IMG/VR virus record: IMGVR_UViG_3300002231_001563
Location: 64,001-128,000 of that record
Strand: one strand, 5' to 3'
Length of the DNA stretch: 64,000 nucleotides
Source of the DNA: a virus
The notes below the pieces were generated by a model. That model did not search any database. It had not been told where the DNA came from and saw nothing but the letters and a program-made list of their open reading frames with translations. A program made the position numbers and the translations under genes. Shown piece after piece: positions 62,081 through 64,000 of the stretch; position 1 is the stretch's first letter, and the number at the start of each line of letters is the position of its first letter.

Positions 62081-64000
62081 AGCAATTCTTTGAAGGAATT
62101 CGACGTTGGACTGCCCTTAATGAGGAACAGCTTCTCGCGGAAGGAAGAGTCAAGGATGCCAAAAAGAAGTATCCAGATATTGCGAACTTTGTTCCCGGCC
62201 TCACTGCTCGGGACCCGTCCGGAAACAATAAGTACTTAATGTGGTCAATGAAGCAGCTACAGAAGTTCGTGGATGCACAATCCAAAGAGCGCGAGATCCC
62301 TATTGAAAATCTACCCGACTCTTTAACCGTACCCTATATGTCAAAAATTTCATCAGCTGTGGAAGAATTTCACGCTAATCATCAGCGACTCAAAGACAAA
62401 GATATTAATTCTTATAAATCTCTAGACCAAATTAAGGACGCGGTCCATAATCTTGGATTGAGTCAAAAGAAAAAAAGAGGAAAACAACGCGTCGCCGCAC
62501 AAGCCGGCTCCACCACTATTTACGAAAATGACGACTTTTGGATGATAAGGCCCGACACCACAGAGGCCTCGTGTTATTACGGTAAAGGCACCAAGTGGTG
62601 TATCTCGGCCACTCAAAGTCAAAATTATTTTAAGTCCTATACCTCGGACGGGAAGAGCTTCTATATGATTATGATGAAAAATCTTGACCAAGATTCCGAT
62701 GGTAAAAAGATAGCCTTGGTTTATGGCAGGGACGCAATGTATGATTCGGAACCCGAGGAGATTTATGATGCCGTCGACAATTCGATCGATCAGGACGAAT
62801 TCTTAGAATATGTCACTCAGAATATTATCGCCTCCCATGTGCCTGACTATGAAGAGGCCTATCAGGAGTGGCAACTCTTCCAAGCCTCACCAAGGAAGTA
62901 TAGATTCACCAATAGGTTGAAAAAGTTGGTTAACAGGATGCTCGCGAGCGGCGAGTACGATACTTCCATAGAAGAAAATGATATAACTGGCGGCGAATAT
63001 AAAGTGCTCTCTGAAGCCATGGCCGAAACCTTCCATAATGCTTCCTACGCCCTACAGCACGACGCCGCTTATTATAATGAAGAAAATCCTGCAGGACCAA
63101 ATGAGGAAGATTATCAGGAAGTTATAGATGCTGCCGGTTTAGATCATGTCAATGTGCAGTTTGAGGATGACGGATCCAGCTGGGGATTTTGGTACGAGGG
63201 AACCATGGGTTGGGATCTCGCCTCCGACTTGGAGTACTCTCCGCATCCAGATACCGGAGAAGAGGCCGATTTTGACGACTGGGAAGACGAAATTTCGGAC
63301 ATCTTTCGCGACACCGCCGACGATTTTTATGTATATCCTGATGAAGTGCAGGCCTCCGGGTACGGTCACCCCGCCGTCAACTTCAGCTTCCGTCCGGACG
63401 CCGAAGAGAGCGGCAGCCTCCAGGCTTTTCAGGTGTTCGTGGAGCGTATGGCGGAGCATGACTCGCACTATAAAGAGATTCTTGAAGCATCTCTAGAAAG
63501 AATGGCTGAAGAAGGAATTATACACTCTCCTGGCTATGAAGAAAAGAAGGCCAAATTTGAAAAACTTCCCAAACTTAAAAACTTTGATGCAACTTTTTCG
63601 AAAGGAAAGATCAATTTTGTGCAAAAATCTCCCACCGAAGTAATCATTCCTCTAGCGCAAGCGCTGGGGATGCGAGATTTAAAGCCATTGACTCCCCGTA
63701 GCTCGGGCGACGTTTACAATTCCGCCGCCAACCAGTGGAAAGAATACTTGGAACAAAAGCTGCGCATATTGCGCAATACCATGCAGCATGTCTTTCGCGC
63801 CGCTTACAACGAGACATGGCCCCTAGCCTATGACGCCAGCCAGCAAAAAAAGAAGCAGGGAGAGATGTTTGTTAACGAAATTATCCTCTATGGAGAAAGG
63901 AACGATCCAGTGCAAGGGGATTGGGAAATGTTCGATGTGGACCTGATAGATGGCGGTACGCTGACGGGGCAAGCCATATTCAGCAGATTTGAACTTGATG
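62077..64000 (+). CDS. Large partial ORF (>640 aa, absent from the track) with a PcfJ-like YGKGTKWC region
   Basis: Frame read by hand is open from ATG 62077 to the window end; DPSGNNKYLMW, KDINSY, ASCYYGKGTKWCIS; acidic remainder. Confidence 0.7.
   Translation, partial: MKQFFEGIRRWTALNEEQLLAEGRVKDAKKKYPDIANFVPGLTARDPSGNNKYLMWSMKQLQKFVDAQSKEREIPIENLPDSLTVPYMSKISSAVEEFHANHQRLKDKDINSYKSLDQIKDAVHNLGLSQKKKRGKQRVAAQAGSTTIYENDDFWMIRPDTTEASCYYGKGTKWCISATQSQNYFKSYTSDGKSFYMIMMKNLDQDSDGKKIALVYGRDAMYDSEPEEIYDAVDNSIDQDEFLEYVTQNIIASHVPDYEEAYQEWQLFQASPRKYRFTNRLKKLVNRMLASGEYDTSIEENDITGGEYKVLSEAMAETFHNASYALQHDAAYYNEENPAGPNEEDYQEVIDAAGLDHVNVQFEDDGSSWGFWYEGTMGWDLASDLEYSPHPDTGEEADFDDWEDEISDIFRDTADDFYVYPDEVQASGYGHPAVNFSFRPDAEESGSLQAFQVFVERMAEHDSHYKEILEASLERMAEEGIIHSPGYEEKKAKFEKLPKLKNFDATFSKGKINFVQKSPTEVIIPLAQALGMRDLKPLTPRSSGDVYNSAANQWKEYLEQKLRILRNTMQHVFRAAYNETWPLAYDASQQKKKQGEMFVNEIILYGERNDPVQGDWEMFDVDLIDGGTLTGQAIFSRFELD

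Noticed and set aside
1460-63468. Numerous minus-strand and alternate-frame ORFs of 60-160 aa in the track
   Set aside because: All overlap well-supported plus-strand genes, lack RBSs and motifs, and look like codon-bias shadows.
1-64000. Stop-codon reassignment as in some huge phages
   Set aside because: Core genes are full-length in code 11, and TAA, TAG and TGA all occur at genuine gene ends.

Overview
A 64-kb segment of a large, T4-like (myovirus-type) jumbo bacteriophage genome. Every supported gene lies on the + strand in the standard genetic code. From left to right: baseplate/fibre-attachment genes, RuvC, primase, a fused Mre11-Rad50 (SbcD-SbcC), a putative lysis trio, terminase, portal, prohead protease, ribosomal protein bS21, scaffold, major capsid and neck proteins. 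Next comes a complete YhbH/YeaH(vWA)-SpoVR-PrkA(AAA+) triad coupled to the neck genes, then a giant LamG adhesin and a family of acidic fibre proteins, followed by sheath, tube, tail chaperone with a probable programmed frameshift, tape measure and baseplate hub. The right end is a replication module (minimal PolA, tubulin/FtsZ-like protein, gp32-type SSB, FKBP, RecA, J-domain protein, 5'-3' exonuclease, DnaB, class II RNR, GroES) and a large partial ORF. Two promoter classes are visible: five TTGACA-N17-TATA(T/C)T sites at replication genes and a recurring ACTANTTA motif before structural genes. The most notable items are the phage-borne PrkA/SpoVR/YhbH system, a hidden internal gene start in the 1988-aa ORF, a +1/-2 frameshift at a U7 run, and a 33-nt structured repeat flanking the FKBP gene. 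All family assignments come from motif recognition by eye; no database searches were run.
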